Part shown: positions 1 through 12,205 of the stretch, one piece after another
Layout of the letters: every line of letters begins with the position of its first letter
Numbering within the stretch: the first letter of the stretch is position 1
Origin: Octopus sinensis
Taxonomy: Eukaryota
Reading direction: 5' to 3'
Length of the DNA: 64,000 nucleotides
Assembly (NCBI RefSeq): GCF_006345805.1
Contig: NW_021833260.1
Span: forward strand, 1 to 64,000
The notes under the pieces: model-generated
Told to the model about the DNA's origin: nothing
Databases searched by the model: none
What the model saw: only the letters and a program-made list of their open reading frames with translations
Translations under genes and position numbers: made by a program

Positions 1-3
1 TAT

Positions 4-76
<73 letters not shown>

Positions 77-118
77 GGGAGAGAGAGACAGAAAGAGAGA
101 GAGACAGAGAGACGGACA
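1..118. repeat. (TAGA)n/(GA)n microsatellite
   Basis: Direct reading of tandem tagataga followed by gagaga. Confidence 0.95.
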
Positions 119-627
119 GACAGACAGGCAGATACTCAAACAGATAGATTTAGATATAGATATACGGATGCACATATGTATGCGTGTAGTCACCAACGTA
201 ACTAATTAGAGTGAAAACTTAGCTTGGTAGGTGATGGTGGACTGAAAGACGAATTGTGATTTACCTCTTAATTGGAGAAAGCAAAGTCCTGGTAGGAATC
301 GTTTGTAATTACAGTCACTGACATGTGATAATAATTTTAAAGAATTTCAAAAATATATTCTCAGAAAAATAATCATTTTTATGCTTCGAGGCAAATCTGT
401 TCTTTTTTTATCAATATACAACGACATTCAACGGACATGATTTCCTGTTACTTGACACCGCCAAAAGAATAAAAGCATGTATGATACAATTATTTCTGAA
501 AATTGGAAATTGTATCGTTTTATAATTTAGTATTGTATTTCTAGAAATTATCTCCCCCTTTATTCTGACAGAGCGATAAAAATTACTTTTTTCTATTTTT
601 AACTAAGTGACACTCAATTATTTGCAT

Positions 628-1230
628 ATAGGCATAGCTGTATGGTGGTATGATTAAGTGGGAACGAAGGCGGCGAGCTGGCAGAAACGTTAGCACGCCG
701 GGCGAAATGCATAGCCGTATTTCGTCTGAGGTTACGTTCTGAGTTCAAATTCCGCCAAGGTCGACTTTGCTTTTCATCCTTTCGGGGGTCGATTAAATAA
801 GTACCAGTTACGCACTGGGGTCGATATAATCGACTTAATCCGTTTGTCTGTATTTGTTTGTCCTCTCTGTATTTAGCCCCTTGTGGGTAGTAAAGAAATA
901 GGTATTTCGTCTGCCGTTACGTTCTGAGTTCAAATTCCGCCGAGGTCGACTTTGCCTTTCATCCTTTCGTGGTCGATTAAATAAGTACCAGTTACGCACT
1001 GGGGTCGATATAATCGACTTAATCCGCTTGTCTTTCCATGTTCGTCACTTCTGTGTTTAGCCCCTTGTGGGTAATAAGGAAATAGGTATGATTAAGTGGA
1101 ACTTTTCTCCATAACGTAAAGTTCTACGTTCACCACAACTGTGTGACACCTAGGGGCAAGTGCCTTCCAATATAGCCTTGTTTGACTAATGGCTTATAAA
1201 AGAACATGTTTGGCGGAGACTGTATGTAAC
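628..1230 (+). mobile_element. Degenerate family-B SINE, interrupted by a family-A SINE dimer
   Basis: taggcatagctgtatggt...ggggcaagtgccttccaatatagcc resembles the intact family-B copy at 41589-41996. Confidence 0.5.
666..1084 (+). mobile_element. Family-A tRNA-derived SINE, head-body-body dimer with 15-bp TSD
   Basis: Head ggcggcgagctggcagaaacgttagc; B-box-like gagttcaaattcc; central ggtcgactttgcctttcatcctttcggggtcga...aagtaccag (resembles the Meta-SINE domain from memory). TSD GGTATGATTAAGTGG at 647-661 and 1085-1099. Confidence 0.85.
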
Positions 1231-1339
1231 TTTGCCTTATATACACATATACAATCCCCATTTTAAGTTACCTACCGGTAATCTGAAACCAATTTCAAAA
1301 ATAATCCAGCGAAAAATTTGACTTCAAATTACACGAAGC

Positions 1340-1639
1340 ATAAAATCAAGCTGGGAGGAATTTGAACTCCGAGTATCAAGTCGGACGAAATACTGCTATA
1401 TTGTCCGGCATGTTCGCCACGCTACCAGCTCACTTCCTTTATAATAACTGATTTCAATTGTGGGGAAAAGGTCCATTCGATGACGTCGACCCCAGTGTTC
1501 AAATAATACTTGTTTCATCGACTCCGAAAGGATGAAAGTCAGACTCGACTTCGCATAATTTGAACTCAGAACTTAAGGACCGACGAAATGCCGCTAAGCA
1601 GATTGCTTGATTTGCTAACGATTCTGCCAGCTCACCGCC

Positions 1640-1640
<1 letters not shown>
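1340..1640 (-). mobile_element. Degenerate family-A SINE fragments
   Basis: ggaatttgaactc, cgaaaggatgaaag and ctaacgattctgccagctcaccgcc motifs. Confidence 0.6.
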
Positions 1641-1691
<51 letters not shown>

Positions 1692-1721
1692 TAATAATAA
1701 TAATGATAATAATAATAATGA

Positions 1722-1757
<36 letters not shown>

Positions 1758-1769
1758 TAATAATAATAA

Positions 1770-1800
<31 letters not shown>

Positions 1801-1853
1801 AAGAAGAAGAAGAACAACAACAACAACAACATTAATTATAATAATAATAACAA

Positions 1854-1884
<31 letters not shown>

Positions 1885-1885
1885 A
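1641..1885. repeat. (AAT)n/(AAG)n/(AAC)n microsatellite
   Basis: Direct reading. Confidence 0.95.
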
Positions 1886-2196
1886 GGGATTCTTTGGGGT
1901 TTGAATAATTCACCTTTGGAAACATGGGTGGTTCTTTGAACATCCTTAAACAATCCTTATTCAGGGACTTTTTGAGTGGGATGGGCTACTCAACCAGAAG
2001 AAAATTCTAACTGGGCCCCACCTGCAAGGTCATGTGCTGTTTATCTTGATATGAGATCACCATGTCGCACACATATGGTTGTGATGCATGTGCTTAGTGT
2101 ACCTTTATCAGACGGGTAGTCATGATGGGTATATTGGGCTTCGTATATTTTACCCCAGTGTCACTTTGATGGCATGAACTGCTCTCTCACTCAATA
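1886..2196 (+). mobile_element. Family-D non-coding interspersed repeat (5'-truncated) ending in (AAT)n
   Basis: Same sequence recurs reversed at 11063-11805 and 27935-28490; 3' end ctctcactcaataataa. Confidence 0.75.
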
Positions 2197-2319
2197 ATAA
2201 AAAAAATAATAAGAAGAAGAAGAAGACGAAAAAGAAGAAGAACAACAACAACAACATTAATAATAATAATAACAACAATAATAATAATGATAAGAATAAT
2301 AATAATAATAAAAATTAAC

Positions 2320-2360
<41 letters not shown>

Positions 2361-2406
2361 TAAGAAGAAGAACAACAACAACGATAATATTAATAATAAT
2401 AATAAC

Positions 2407-2437
<31 letters not shown>

Positions 2438-2460
2438 TAATATAATAATAATATTAATAA
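2197..2460. repeat. (AAT)n-rich microsatellite
   Basis: Direct reading. Confidence 0.9.
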
Positions 2461-2469
2461 TTTTACATC

Positions 2470-3085
2470 GACCTCAGTATCCAACTGGTACTTATTTCAC
2501 GAAGGCAAAGTCGACCTCGGCAGAATTTGAACTCAGAACGTAACGGTAAACGAAATACCTATTTCTTTATTACCCACAAGGGGCCAAACACAGAGGGTAC
2601 AAACAAGGACAGACAAACGGATTAAGTCGATTACATCGACCCCAGTGCGTAACTGGTACTTAATTTATCGACCCCGAAAGGATGAAAGGCAAAGTCGACC
2701 TCGGCGGAATTTGAACTCAGAACGTAACGGCAGACGAAATACCGGTAAACATTTCGCCCGGCGTGCTAACGTTTCTGCTAGCTCGCCGCCTTTTTGGTAA
2801 ACGAAATACCGCTAAGCATTTCGCTAGGGCTGCTAACGATTCTGCCAGCTCGCTACCTTAATAATAATGATAATAATCCTTTCTACCAAAGGAATAAGGC
2901 CTGGAATTTGTGTGGAAGGGAATAGTCGAGAACATCGACCCCAGTGTACAGCTTGTACTTATTTTAGCGAACCCGAAAGGATGAAAAGCAAAGTCGAGCT
3001 CGGCAGATTTTGAACCCAGAACGTGAAGATGGGCGAAATAGCGCTAAACATTTTGCCCGGCGTTCTAACGATTCTACCAGCTCAG
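2470..3085 (-). mobile_element. Nested family-A SINEs (young copy inserted into the head of an older copy, plus an adjacent copy)
   Basis: Full copy 2560-2795 flanked by the 15-bp duplication ggtaaacgaaatacc (2545-2559, 2796-2810), which is SINE head sequence. Confidence 0.85.
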
Positions 3086-3274
3086 TAATTCTTGCATTTA
3101 CCACCAGAGGGACGAATATTTTCCGACGGATCTGAGTGGGATAATCTGAAATAATAGGACATTGGATGAGATATATTTGAAGTTACCGGGTGATAGAGTG
3201 AATGAGCGGAGTAATTTGAAATCGCTACACCTGTTTCAAACTGCATCACGGTCGCTTGGAGTAAAGTAGATCCG

Positions 3275-3955
3275 TATACATAGATACACATACATATATA
3301 CACATACGCATACATACATACACATACACATGGGTACATACAGATATACATAATATATATGCATATACGTATACATACACATACATATACGCATACATAT
3401 GCACACATATACACACACGCATACATACATACACATATGCATACATACACATATGCATACATACACACATATATGCAGACATACACATATATGAGCATAC
3501 ATACACACATATACACACATGCATACATACAGACACACAAATACACATATACGCATATATAGTCACATATATACACATACATACACACATATATACACAC
3601 ACGCATACATACATACACATATGTACATACATATACGCATACATGCATACACATATACGCATACATACACACACATATACACACGCATACACACTGACAT
3701 ACACCTACGTACATACAGGCATACATATATATATATGCATATACGAATACATACACATATATATACACACACGCATGCATAATACATACACATACACATA
3801 CGTACATACATATATATGCATATACATACACATAAGGTAACGTGCATACATATATACAAACAGACGTACACACTCACTGATGCACACATATATACATTTA
3901 CACACAGACACGCACACATTAAGACATAGACACACATACACACACACACGCGCGT
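3275..3955. repeat. Degenerate (CATA/CACA/TA)n repeat
   Basis: Direct reading; source of the HIYT/CVYM pseudo-ORFs. Confidence 0.9.
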
Positions 3956-4210
3956 ATATTGCGCAACTTGTCAATTCGACAAATAATTAAATGAAGAAGA
4001 GCAATCAATAAGAGAATTAGCATTAGGGTCAATATGAACGACTAAATCCCTCAAAGAGTTGCATCTCATAATGGCTTCCGTCCAAATTTTGGAAAGACTA
4101 ACGGAAAATATTAGAAAATTGATAGATACTGGATCTGAAGCGTATGCGAGCTATTCGTTCAATATACATTGTAAATATTAGAATTTCTCTCTTTCTCTCT
4201 TCTGATTTTG

Positions 4211-4243
<33 letters not shown>

Positions 4244-4284
4244 TTCGCTCTCTCTTTCTCTCTGTCTAGCTATTTATAGATAGA

Positions 4285-4650
4285 TGCATACATACATACA
4301 TACATACATACATACATACATACATACACACATACATACACATATACATACATACATGCATACATGCATACATACATGCATACATGCATACATACATATA
4401 TACACACATACATACATACATGCATACATACATACATACATACATACATACATACATACATACATACATACATACATACATACAAAAATACCCTGTTGCT
4501 GATGTTGAAATTCCAATGAAGGAGCCTTGGATCTAGATTAGAAACCGGCTCTTTATTGGCAAAAAATCTTGAAATAAAACTGAGTAATGACATACATACA
4601 TACATACATACATACATACATACATACATACATACATACATACATACGTA
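4285..4650. repeat. (CATA)n microsatellite split by a 108-bp insert
   Basis: catacata arrays on both sides of 4483-4590. Confidence 0.9.
4483..4590 (+). mobile_element. Probable LINE 3'-end fragment embedded in (CATA)n
   Basis: Unique insert ending aataaaactgagtaatga directly into (CATA)n. LINE assignment is inference. Confidence 0.35.
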
Positions 4651-5147
4651 TATGTGCAGAATGTGGCTGTCAACTCGTAGAGGTATATGACCATCACAAA
4701 CGAAGTATCTTATCTTTATCATAGATGTTAAAGACAATGGTTGTCAGTAATGCCCTTGTGAAGATTAAAGTCAATAACAATTTGCATAACACCGCAAAGA
4801 GGCTCACCAACAAAACCAAGTATTCCAGAAGCAAGCAAGAACAAGATATCCGGATTCATCATGGGGCGAGTGTTATTTCGGAATTCCCTTCTTCTAGAGA
4901 GATGTTTAAACAAGGACTAGTGGGTCTCTCACTTTCTCCTAGTTGTTGGCTGGCTGTTAACTCTACAGAAGTTATCCGCCCTTTGACAGGTTTCTGATTT
5001 TCGTCCTGCTGGGTGTCTAACAAAACCCACCCTTCTGGCCAAGCAGGCTTTGGTGAGATTGATGGTTCAGCCTCCGACGACCCGTTTATGTGGCAGGTTG
5101 CACTAAGTTACATGTTACCTACACTAAAAATCACGTGACATATATTC

Positions 5148-5710
5148 GCAGGCGTGGCTGTGTGGTAAGAAGCTTGCTTCCCAACCAAATGGTTCCGGGT
5201 TCAGTTCCACTGCGTGAAACTTTGAGCAAGCGTCTTCTACAATAACCTTGGACTTACCAAAGTATTGCGAGTGGATTTGGTAGACGGAAACTGTGTATGT
5301 GTGTGTGTGTGTAGAAGTGATAGTAGTGATGATGATGTTGATGACGATGATGATGATGATGATGACGACGACGACGGCGATGACGATGAACGGGGCGGCG
5401 ATGCTTGTGATAATGAGTAAATTCGTGATCGTGGTGACGGTGACGGTGGCGGTGTGTGAATGATGTGTGTGTGTGTGTATGTGTGTGTGTGTGTGTGTGT
5501 GTTGTATCTTTGTGTCTTTGTTTCTTCTCCACCACCGCTGGTGCGTTTACATCACCGTAACGCAACGGTTCAGTAAACGAAATCGATAGAATAGGCACCG
5601 TGCTTATAAAAAATAAGTACTGGAGTCGATATATTCGGCTAAAGATTCCTCGAAGCGGTGCCCCAGCATGGCTGCAGTCTAATGACTTAACGAAGTAAAA
5701 GATAGAAGAT
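5148..5710 (+). mobile_element. Family-B tRNA-derived SINE (CORE-like segment, internal microsatellite, CR1-like tail)
   Basis: gcaggcgtggctgtgtggtaag...ggttccgggttcagt head; ttgagcaagcgtcttctac; tail gcggtgccccagcatggctgcagt. Confidence 0.8.
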
Positions 5711-6162
5711 ACACTCCCCACACACATATATATACGCACAAACACATTTATAATATGCAATAGAAACAATATTAAGCTATCATACTTAATGGTAACACAT
5801 CGTTGAAATATAAATTAACTGCAGTATATTCGGCCAGTGGTCGCATCCCCTCTGGACATACTTTGTTTCAAAACACAGTGTAAATCGAAAGGAGACGAAA
5901 GTGATCCTAGCATCCTAGTTGGAAAACCTGATGCAATTAAATCTCGATGGGCTTGGTCAACGGCACGTCTTCGCAACTAACCGAATGGCAAGGCCTACGT
6001 TGTCTCCTTTGACATATGTCAAACAGTGAGAAACTATCTCTGGCATTGCGCCTAGTCGCCCAGCGGGCATTTTAACTTAATATCGTTTGTATTGCGTATA
6101 ACGGACTTTATCATGCTGGGGGCGGAAAAAGATATTCGCAAATACCTGTCAATGTTTCCATA

Positions 6163-6375
6163 TACGAGGGAGTGTTGAAAACTTCCTGGCTTTGGGTAAA
6201 AGAAAATAGAGGAGAATCAGTTAATTATGATTTTATTCAACATATTCATATTCAGACTCACTCAGTTATTGCAGAAGTCCGTCAGTTTCTCGGAGCCCTG
6301 TAAAAGAAATCTGGGACTCCAGCCAGGCCTGTCGCGATACATTTAAAGCTGGGAACTTTTCACACTCTCCACGTA
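6163..6375. mobile_element. mariner-like MITE/deletion derivative
   Basis: TA-flanked imperfect TIRs: TACGAGGGAGTGTTGAAAACTTCC versus the reverse complement of the right end, TACGTGGAGAGTGTGAAAAGTTCC. Confidence 0.6.
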
Positions 6376-6469
6376 TATGTATGGAGGGTCGCTCTAACGC
6401 GAATGAAATAACATGTATGCTAAAAGCAGAGATACTTTGATCACAATATATATTATATATATATATATA

Positions 6470-6522
6470 TATAGAAGAGAGAGAGATAGATAGATAGATA
6501 GATAGATAGATAGGTATGTAGG

Positions 6523-6578
<56 letters not shown>

Positions 6579-6600
6579 CAGATAGATAGATATAGATATA
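6470..6600. repeat. (GATA)n microsatellite
   Basis: Direct reading. Confidence 0.95.
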
Positions 6601-6699
6601 ATAGACTGTGGCCATGCTGGGTGACGCCTTGAAGAGATAAGTCAAATAAATCGAACCCACGACTTGTTTTTAAATCTGGTACTTATTCTTTTCTACTCA

Positions 6700-6900
6700 A
6701 GGCACAAGGACCGAAATTTTGGGTGGACGGGGTCAATAGGTTAGATCGATCCCAGTACGCAACTGGTACTTAATTTATTGACACTGAAAGGATAAAAGGC
6801 AAAGTCGACCTCGAGGGAATTTGAACTCGGAGCGTAAAGACAGAGGAAATACCGCTAAGCATTTCGTACGGCGTGCTAACGATTCTGCCAGCTCGCTGCC
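6700..6900 (-). mobile_element. Family-A SINE, alternative-tail subfamily (A2)
   Basis: Same head and central domain; tail (reverse) ttctactcaaggcacaaggaccgaaatttt. Confidence 0.75.
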
Positions 6901-7261
6901 TGTTCTGGTACTTATTCTACCGTTCTCTTTTGCAGAATCTCTATGTTACAGGGACACGTAATCGAACCAAAAAGCGATTGTCTAGCTGAGGTGAAGTCAA
7001 ACACAAATACAAACGCACACACTCACATGCATACACATACACACGCGCGTGCATATATAAAGAGCCCCCTAATTTGGGGGGCTTAAAATTTGGGGAAAAG
7101 GTTTTCTAAGGACTTATAATAAAATCCATATATAAGAAACTCCCGTATATTTTTTAACCTAATTTGACAAAAAGAGTTCCTCACACGTTAAAATATGGTA
7201 CATATATATTATATATATATATATAATTATATATTATTATATATATAATTTTTTATATATA

Positions 7262-7306
7262 CATTATAACATGTTTCAGTTCCTGAAATGAACCTTATCA
7301 AAAAAA
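7262..7306 (-). ncRNA. Minimal hammerhead-ribozyme-like motif, U3-A8 core variant
   Basis: Minus strand TTGATAA-GGTTC-atttcag-GAACT-GAAAC-AT-GT-T. Stem II is 5 bp; loop III is palindromic (ACATGT); stem I is weak. Confidence 0.5.
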
Positions 7307-7566
7307 GTTATATATAAAAAAAGACAGCTCAGCCGTCAAACACAAGAAATTCATTTATAATACACACGGAGTCAGACATCTTAGAGTTCATGTTAGTTGA
7401 TATATAGTTCATGTATAGTTGATATATAGTTTGAAGTATATGTTCAAAGTGTTCGATGCAGTGGCCCACGGTGGCGATACGTATTCATACAAAAAACAGA
7501 TCAAAGTGGTGGAAAGCGGTCAATACAGAAGATTGATGTTTCCGAAAGAGCGAGGAATTCATTTTT

Positions 7567-7945
7567 ACCTTAAGCAATTGTGATGACCCATGGTGGATGT
7601 TCGCTGGTGGTTCTAGTGGGTTTTGTGAAGTGCTCGGTTTTATAATGCCTGTTAGGTGGTGTCAATCCAGCGTAGCGTGACGTCATCAAAGTTTTGACCA
7701 ATCGTTTCGTTAGGTGGCTTTAGTCAAGCAGAACGGACGTCATCATTATTTTGACCAATCGCTTCATTATAACTACCACCTGTGTTTGTTTCCTGTTTTG
7801 ACCAGTCGCTTCGTTATTCAAGCAAACGGGACGTCATCCAGATTCTGCCCAATCACGACTTATAGCTACATTAGATCTGCCTCCTGTCTGTACTTGTTAG
7901 GTGACTAGTCAAGCAGAAAGGACGTCATCAATATTCTGACTAATG
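7567..7945 (-). promoter_or_regulatory. Putative Pol II promoter: 4x (GACGTCATC-N7-TGACCAATC), TATA box, Kozak ATG, splice donor
   Basis: GACGTCATC at 7679, 7736, 7830 and 7921, each with a CCAAT-like element starting 16 nt later. Minus-strand TATAAAA at 7644-7638; CCACCATGG with ATG at 7591-7589; AG|GTAAAA at 7569/7568. Confidence 0.45.
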
Positions 7946-7958
7946 ACTGTCCCCTGTT

Positions 7959-8009
<51 letters not shown>

Positions 8010-8333
8010 GAGACCCTCTTCGCTCATGACTGACAGTGGAATGGCACCTAGAAAGTTACCCTCCCTGGCAAAGTTGTTTATGGAAGACCAGCAGTCACCC
8101 ATGCATACCAGCCTCCCCTCTCCACGCCACCAGTGTTATCCAAGGGAAAGGAAAAGGGGCCTATACAGCTTGGCTCCTGTGACGTTGCAACTCATTTCTA
8201 CAGTTGAGTGAACTGGAGCAACGTGAAATAAAGTGCCTTGCTCAAGAACACAACACGCAGCCCGGTCCGGGATTCAAGCTCACAACCACACGATCGTAAG
8301 CTCGACGCTCTAACCACTGAGTCAGCGCCTTCA
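8010..8333 (-). mobile_element. tRNA-derived SINE (family-C-related head)
   Basis: Reverse: gtgaaggcgctgactcagtggttagagcgtcg...tgtgttcttgagcaaggcactttatttcacgttgc. Confidence 0.7.
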
Positions 8334-8664
8334 CAAACTCACACACATATATATATATATTAACACATACATATACATATATATATATATATTAATATAT
8401 ATATAATATATATAATATATATATCTATATATATATATATATATATAATATATATATATATATATAATATATACACATATACCATATATATACACACACG
8501 ATGGACCTTCTCACTTCACTCTTTCTGTCTGCGAAAATCATCCACAAGGGCTTAGTCGGTTTGGAGTTGCAGCTGTAGACACTTGCCCTATACCGCGCAG
8601 GAGGGTGAACTCGAAATTACTTGTTCGCAAAGCGGTCTTCTTTATCATTCCCACAACCCATGAT

Positions 8665-8945
8665 TCTTTCTTTCTTTCTTTTCTTATTTTCTTTCTTTCC
8701 TTTCTTTTTCTTTCTTTCTTTTTCTTTTCTGTCCCTTCTTTTCTTTCTTTCTTTCTTGTCTTTCTTTCTTCTTCTTTTTCTTTCTTTCTTTCTTCTTTCT
8801 TTCTTTCTTCTTTCTTCTTTCTCCTTCTCTTCTTCTTCTCTCTTCCTTTTTCTTTCTTTCTTTCTTTCTTTTTCTTTCTTTCTTTCTTGTCTTTCTTTAC
8901 TTTTCTTTCTTTCTTTCTTCTTTTTCTTTCTTCTTTCTTTCTTTA
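8665..8945. repeat. (TTTC)n pyrimidine tract
   Basis: Direct reading. Confidence 0.9.
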
Positions 8946-9699
8946 AGTAGGGCTTGTTGCCTATGAGAGAGACATATTTGTTCTGTTGTGCTGGTTACAC
9001 AAACACAGATACGCTCAAACGGTATCTTTTAAATCACTTCTTGGCAATTAAACAAGAATTAGTGTTAACATGAAAACTAACATTATTATCACTCCACTTT
9101 ATAGCTGTCTGAATGTTATGCAAATGTTTCAGCTTCAGGTGAATGTAATAGAATATACACCCAGCCATCATTATTATTAGTTCCTAGCCATTGAAACAAT
9201 ATAATTAGTTGAAAACTATTTGCTAATATAATATAATATAATATAATATAATATAATATAATATAATATATAGCTATATCGTTTTTTCCGTGAGCAAGAA
9301 ATTAAAAATACAGAAAAGAGTGAAAAAACACAAAAGCCAAATGAATAAACAATAATAAAATATCTAATCATCAAACGATCTTGTTATAGGCTTAAATTAT
9401 GATAGCAAACAACTGGAACAAAATTAGAAGATATATATATATATATATAAAAAGAAACAATTTTAAAAACTGTTCATAGAAATAAAAGAAAATGGCCGCT
9501 AGTTATAATAAAGCCTAACCCTGTGAATGCATCGCCGCCAATACGTCTTGACTAAGAACAAGATCAACAATATCATCACTACCACTATCACCGTAATTTC
9601 AGACATCACCATCATCGTTGCTATGAACTTTACTCGTCGCCGCCACCGTCACCACGATCAGGAATTTACTCATTATCACAAGCACCGCCGCCCCGTTCA

Positions 9700-9716
9700 T
9701 CGTCATCGCCGCCGTT

Positions 9717-9758
<42 letters not shown>

Positions 9759-9973
9759 AACATCATCATCATCATCATCAACATCATCATCACTACTATC
9801 ACTTCTACTACGGCTACTAGCGCCCTCATCACTCACTATCATCATCGCCAACGCAGGCCTCTTGGTAAATTCAGCTTTCCTGGAAGAATCGTCGAGAATG
9901 TTTATGAAGAAACAATTTAACATCCTGCTTCCGGTTGCTTTCAGTATTTTAACAACCTCCACCATTAACGTCG

Positions 9974-10050
<77 letters not shown>

Positions 10051-10073
10051 GTCACCAACATCATCATCACCAC

Positions 10074-10125
<52 letters not shown>

Positions 10126-10160
10126 GTCACCATCAAATGCAGCAGCAGCAGCAGCAGCAG
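9700..10160. repeat. (CGT)n/(CAT)n/(CAG)n trinucleotide repeats
   Basis: Direct reading. Confidence 0.85.
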
Positions 10161-10161
10161 T

Positions 10162-10510
10162 GGAGGCGCAATGGCCTCCACAGGTTAGGGCAGCGGACTC
10201 GCGGTCGTAAGAATGCGATTTCGATTCCCAGACAGGGCATTGTGAGTGTTTATTGAGCAATAACTCCTAAGCTCCACGAGCCTCCGGCGAGTAGGGGTGG
10301 TGAACCTCGCTGTACTCTTTCACCACAATTTTCTCTCACTCTTTCTTCCTACTTCTGCCACAAAGCAGAGGAACCATGGTGTAACCCACTATGGTGTGGT
10401 AAACTTTTAAACCCTAGTCTAGATTGCGAGTCCTCTGTGCCCCAGGATGGTTCTGCTCTCTACCCGTTAAAAGCCACCGTTTACGGAATCAGGATAACAA
10501 CGTAGTCTAT
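10162..10510 (+). mobile_element. Family-C tRNA-derived SINE
   Basis: ggaggcgcaatggcc...ggttagggcagcggactcgc...ttcgattcccagac head, shared with 40590. Confidence 0.75.
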
Positions 10511-10595
10511 CGCGTGTGGTGGGTGCATTCTCAGTAGCTTAGAGTAAGCTCGAATTAGAGATTATTCTTGGTGGGTAATGGTGTGAGTCTTGATT

Positions 10596-10695
10596 GGAAG
10601 AAGAAGAAGAAGAAGAAGAAGAAGAAGAAGAAAGAAGAAGAAGAAGAAGAAGAAAAGAAGAAGAAGAAGAAGAAGAAAGAAGAAGAGGAAAAGAA
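10596..10695. repeat. (GAA)n microsatellite
   Basis: Direct reading. Confidence 0.95.
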
Positions 10696-11062
10696 GACAT
10701 CAACACTAACATTAGCAATAAATAAAGATTCGTCAAAGGCAACGCGCAAGGTAGTTTAAAGTACAGCCAGCCGTCACTTACAAGAGACTTGGTAGCATAC
10801 TATGCTTTTACTTATTGTTTTAGGTGTACATGTAGTAGTGTGCAGAGACACCGTCTCTGCTACACACCTCTCCTTTTCCTCAACACAGCGGCCCATCCGG
10901 GATGTGAGACGCGAATTTTATAAGCGCTGCACTATCTCCGGCTGGTATAAATTTACTGATTAGTAGACCGGTCCAGGATTTGAACCCAAGAACTTATGAT
11001 CGAGAGATTAGCATTTTAACCACTAGGCTATATCTATTGTATTACTATTATTATTATCATCA

Positions 11063-11805
11063 TTGAGTGAGAGAGCAGAGCATGCCATCAAAGAGACCCA
11101 ATATACACATGATGACTACCTCTCTGATAAGGGTACACTAGGCACATACCTAGTAAGGCGGCGAGCTGGCAGAATCGTTAGCACGCCGGGCGAAATGCTT
11201 AGTGGTATTTCGTCTGCCGTTACGTTCTGGGTTCAAATTCCGCCAAGGTCGACTTTGCCTTTCATCCTTTCGGGGTCGATTAAATAAGTACCAGTTACAC
11301 ACTGGGGTCGATATAATTGACTTAATCCGTTTGTCTGTCCTTGTTTATCTTCTCTGTGTTTAGCCCCTTGTGGGTAGTAAAGAAATAGGTACACTAGGCA
11401 CATGCATCACAACCATATGTGCGCGACATGGTGATCTCATATCAAGATAAACGGTGCATGACCTTGCAGATGCGGCCCAGATAGAATTTTTTTCAGGTCC
11501 CTGAATAAGTTTGTTTAGGGATGATGAACAAAACACCCATGTTTCCAGAGGTGAATTATTCCAACCCAAAATGATTCCTCTCAACGCATGGCTATGATGC
11601 TCCCCCACTACTTCTGCTCGTGATGCACATATCGCCAGCCACTAAGGGACATGGTCAACTGGTTATGGTCAAACAACTGACAAGCAAATCTGTGGTATTG
11701 AGTAGCCTATCTTTTATACCAAGACAAAAAAATGTACATGATAACACTTCCAATCAGTTGAGATCAAAAGCCATGACAGCCACTGCTTGGTACTGCATCA
11801 GGGCA
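11063..11805 (-). mobile_element. Family-D repeat, apparently full length, between (ATT)n tracts and carrying a family-A SINE insertion
   Basis: Reverse starts tgccctgatgcagtacc and ends ctctcactcaatgatgataat; matches 1886-2196 and 27935-28490. Confidence 0.75.
11156..11387 (+). mobile_element. Family-A SINE monomer with 16-bp TSD
   Basis: TSD GGTACACTAGGCACAT at 11132-11147 and 11388-11403; tail ccccttgtgggtagtaaagaaata. Confidence 0.9.
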
Positions 11806-11825
11806 TTTATTATTATTATTATTTA

Positions 11826-11897
<72 letters not shown>

Positions 11898-11923
11898 CAT
11901 CATCATCATCATTATTATTATCA

Positions 11924-11981
<58 letters not shown>
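11806..11981. repeat. (ATT)n microsatellite
   Basis: Direct reading. Confidence 0.95.
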
Positions 11982-11984
11982 CGC

Positions 11985-12205
11985 TCCCTATCAGGCGGTA
12001 AGCTGGCGGAATCGTTAGCACATTGAGTCAAAATGTTTAGCAGCATTCCGTCCGTCTTTACGATTCTGAGTTCAAATTTCGCCAAGGCTGACTTTGCCTT
12101 TCATCTTTTCAGCGGGGTCGACGAGATAAGTACCCGTCGACCACAGAGGTCGATATAATCGACTAGCAACCTTCCACAAAATGTTAGGGCCTTGAGCCCT
12201 TAGTA
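11985..12205 (+). mobile_element. Family-A SINE (A2 tail), degenerate
   Basis: aggcggtaagctggcggaatcgttagca...gagttcaaatttcgcc...agggccttgagcccttag. Confidence 0.7.

Noticed and set aside
5960-6050. NGKAYVVSFDICQT...WH as RT domain 3
   Set aside because: Too short and degenerate to support a call.
7446-7583. Plus-strand 45-aa ORF MFKVFDAVAHGGDTY...
   Set aside because: It is short and unrecognised, and it is antisense to the promoter-like architecture.
9835-9960. Minus-strand segment VKILKATGSRMLNCFFINILDDSSRKAEFTKRP as an exon
   Set aside because: There is no convincing acceptor, the frame is held open by flanking (GAT)n, and no family is recognised.
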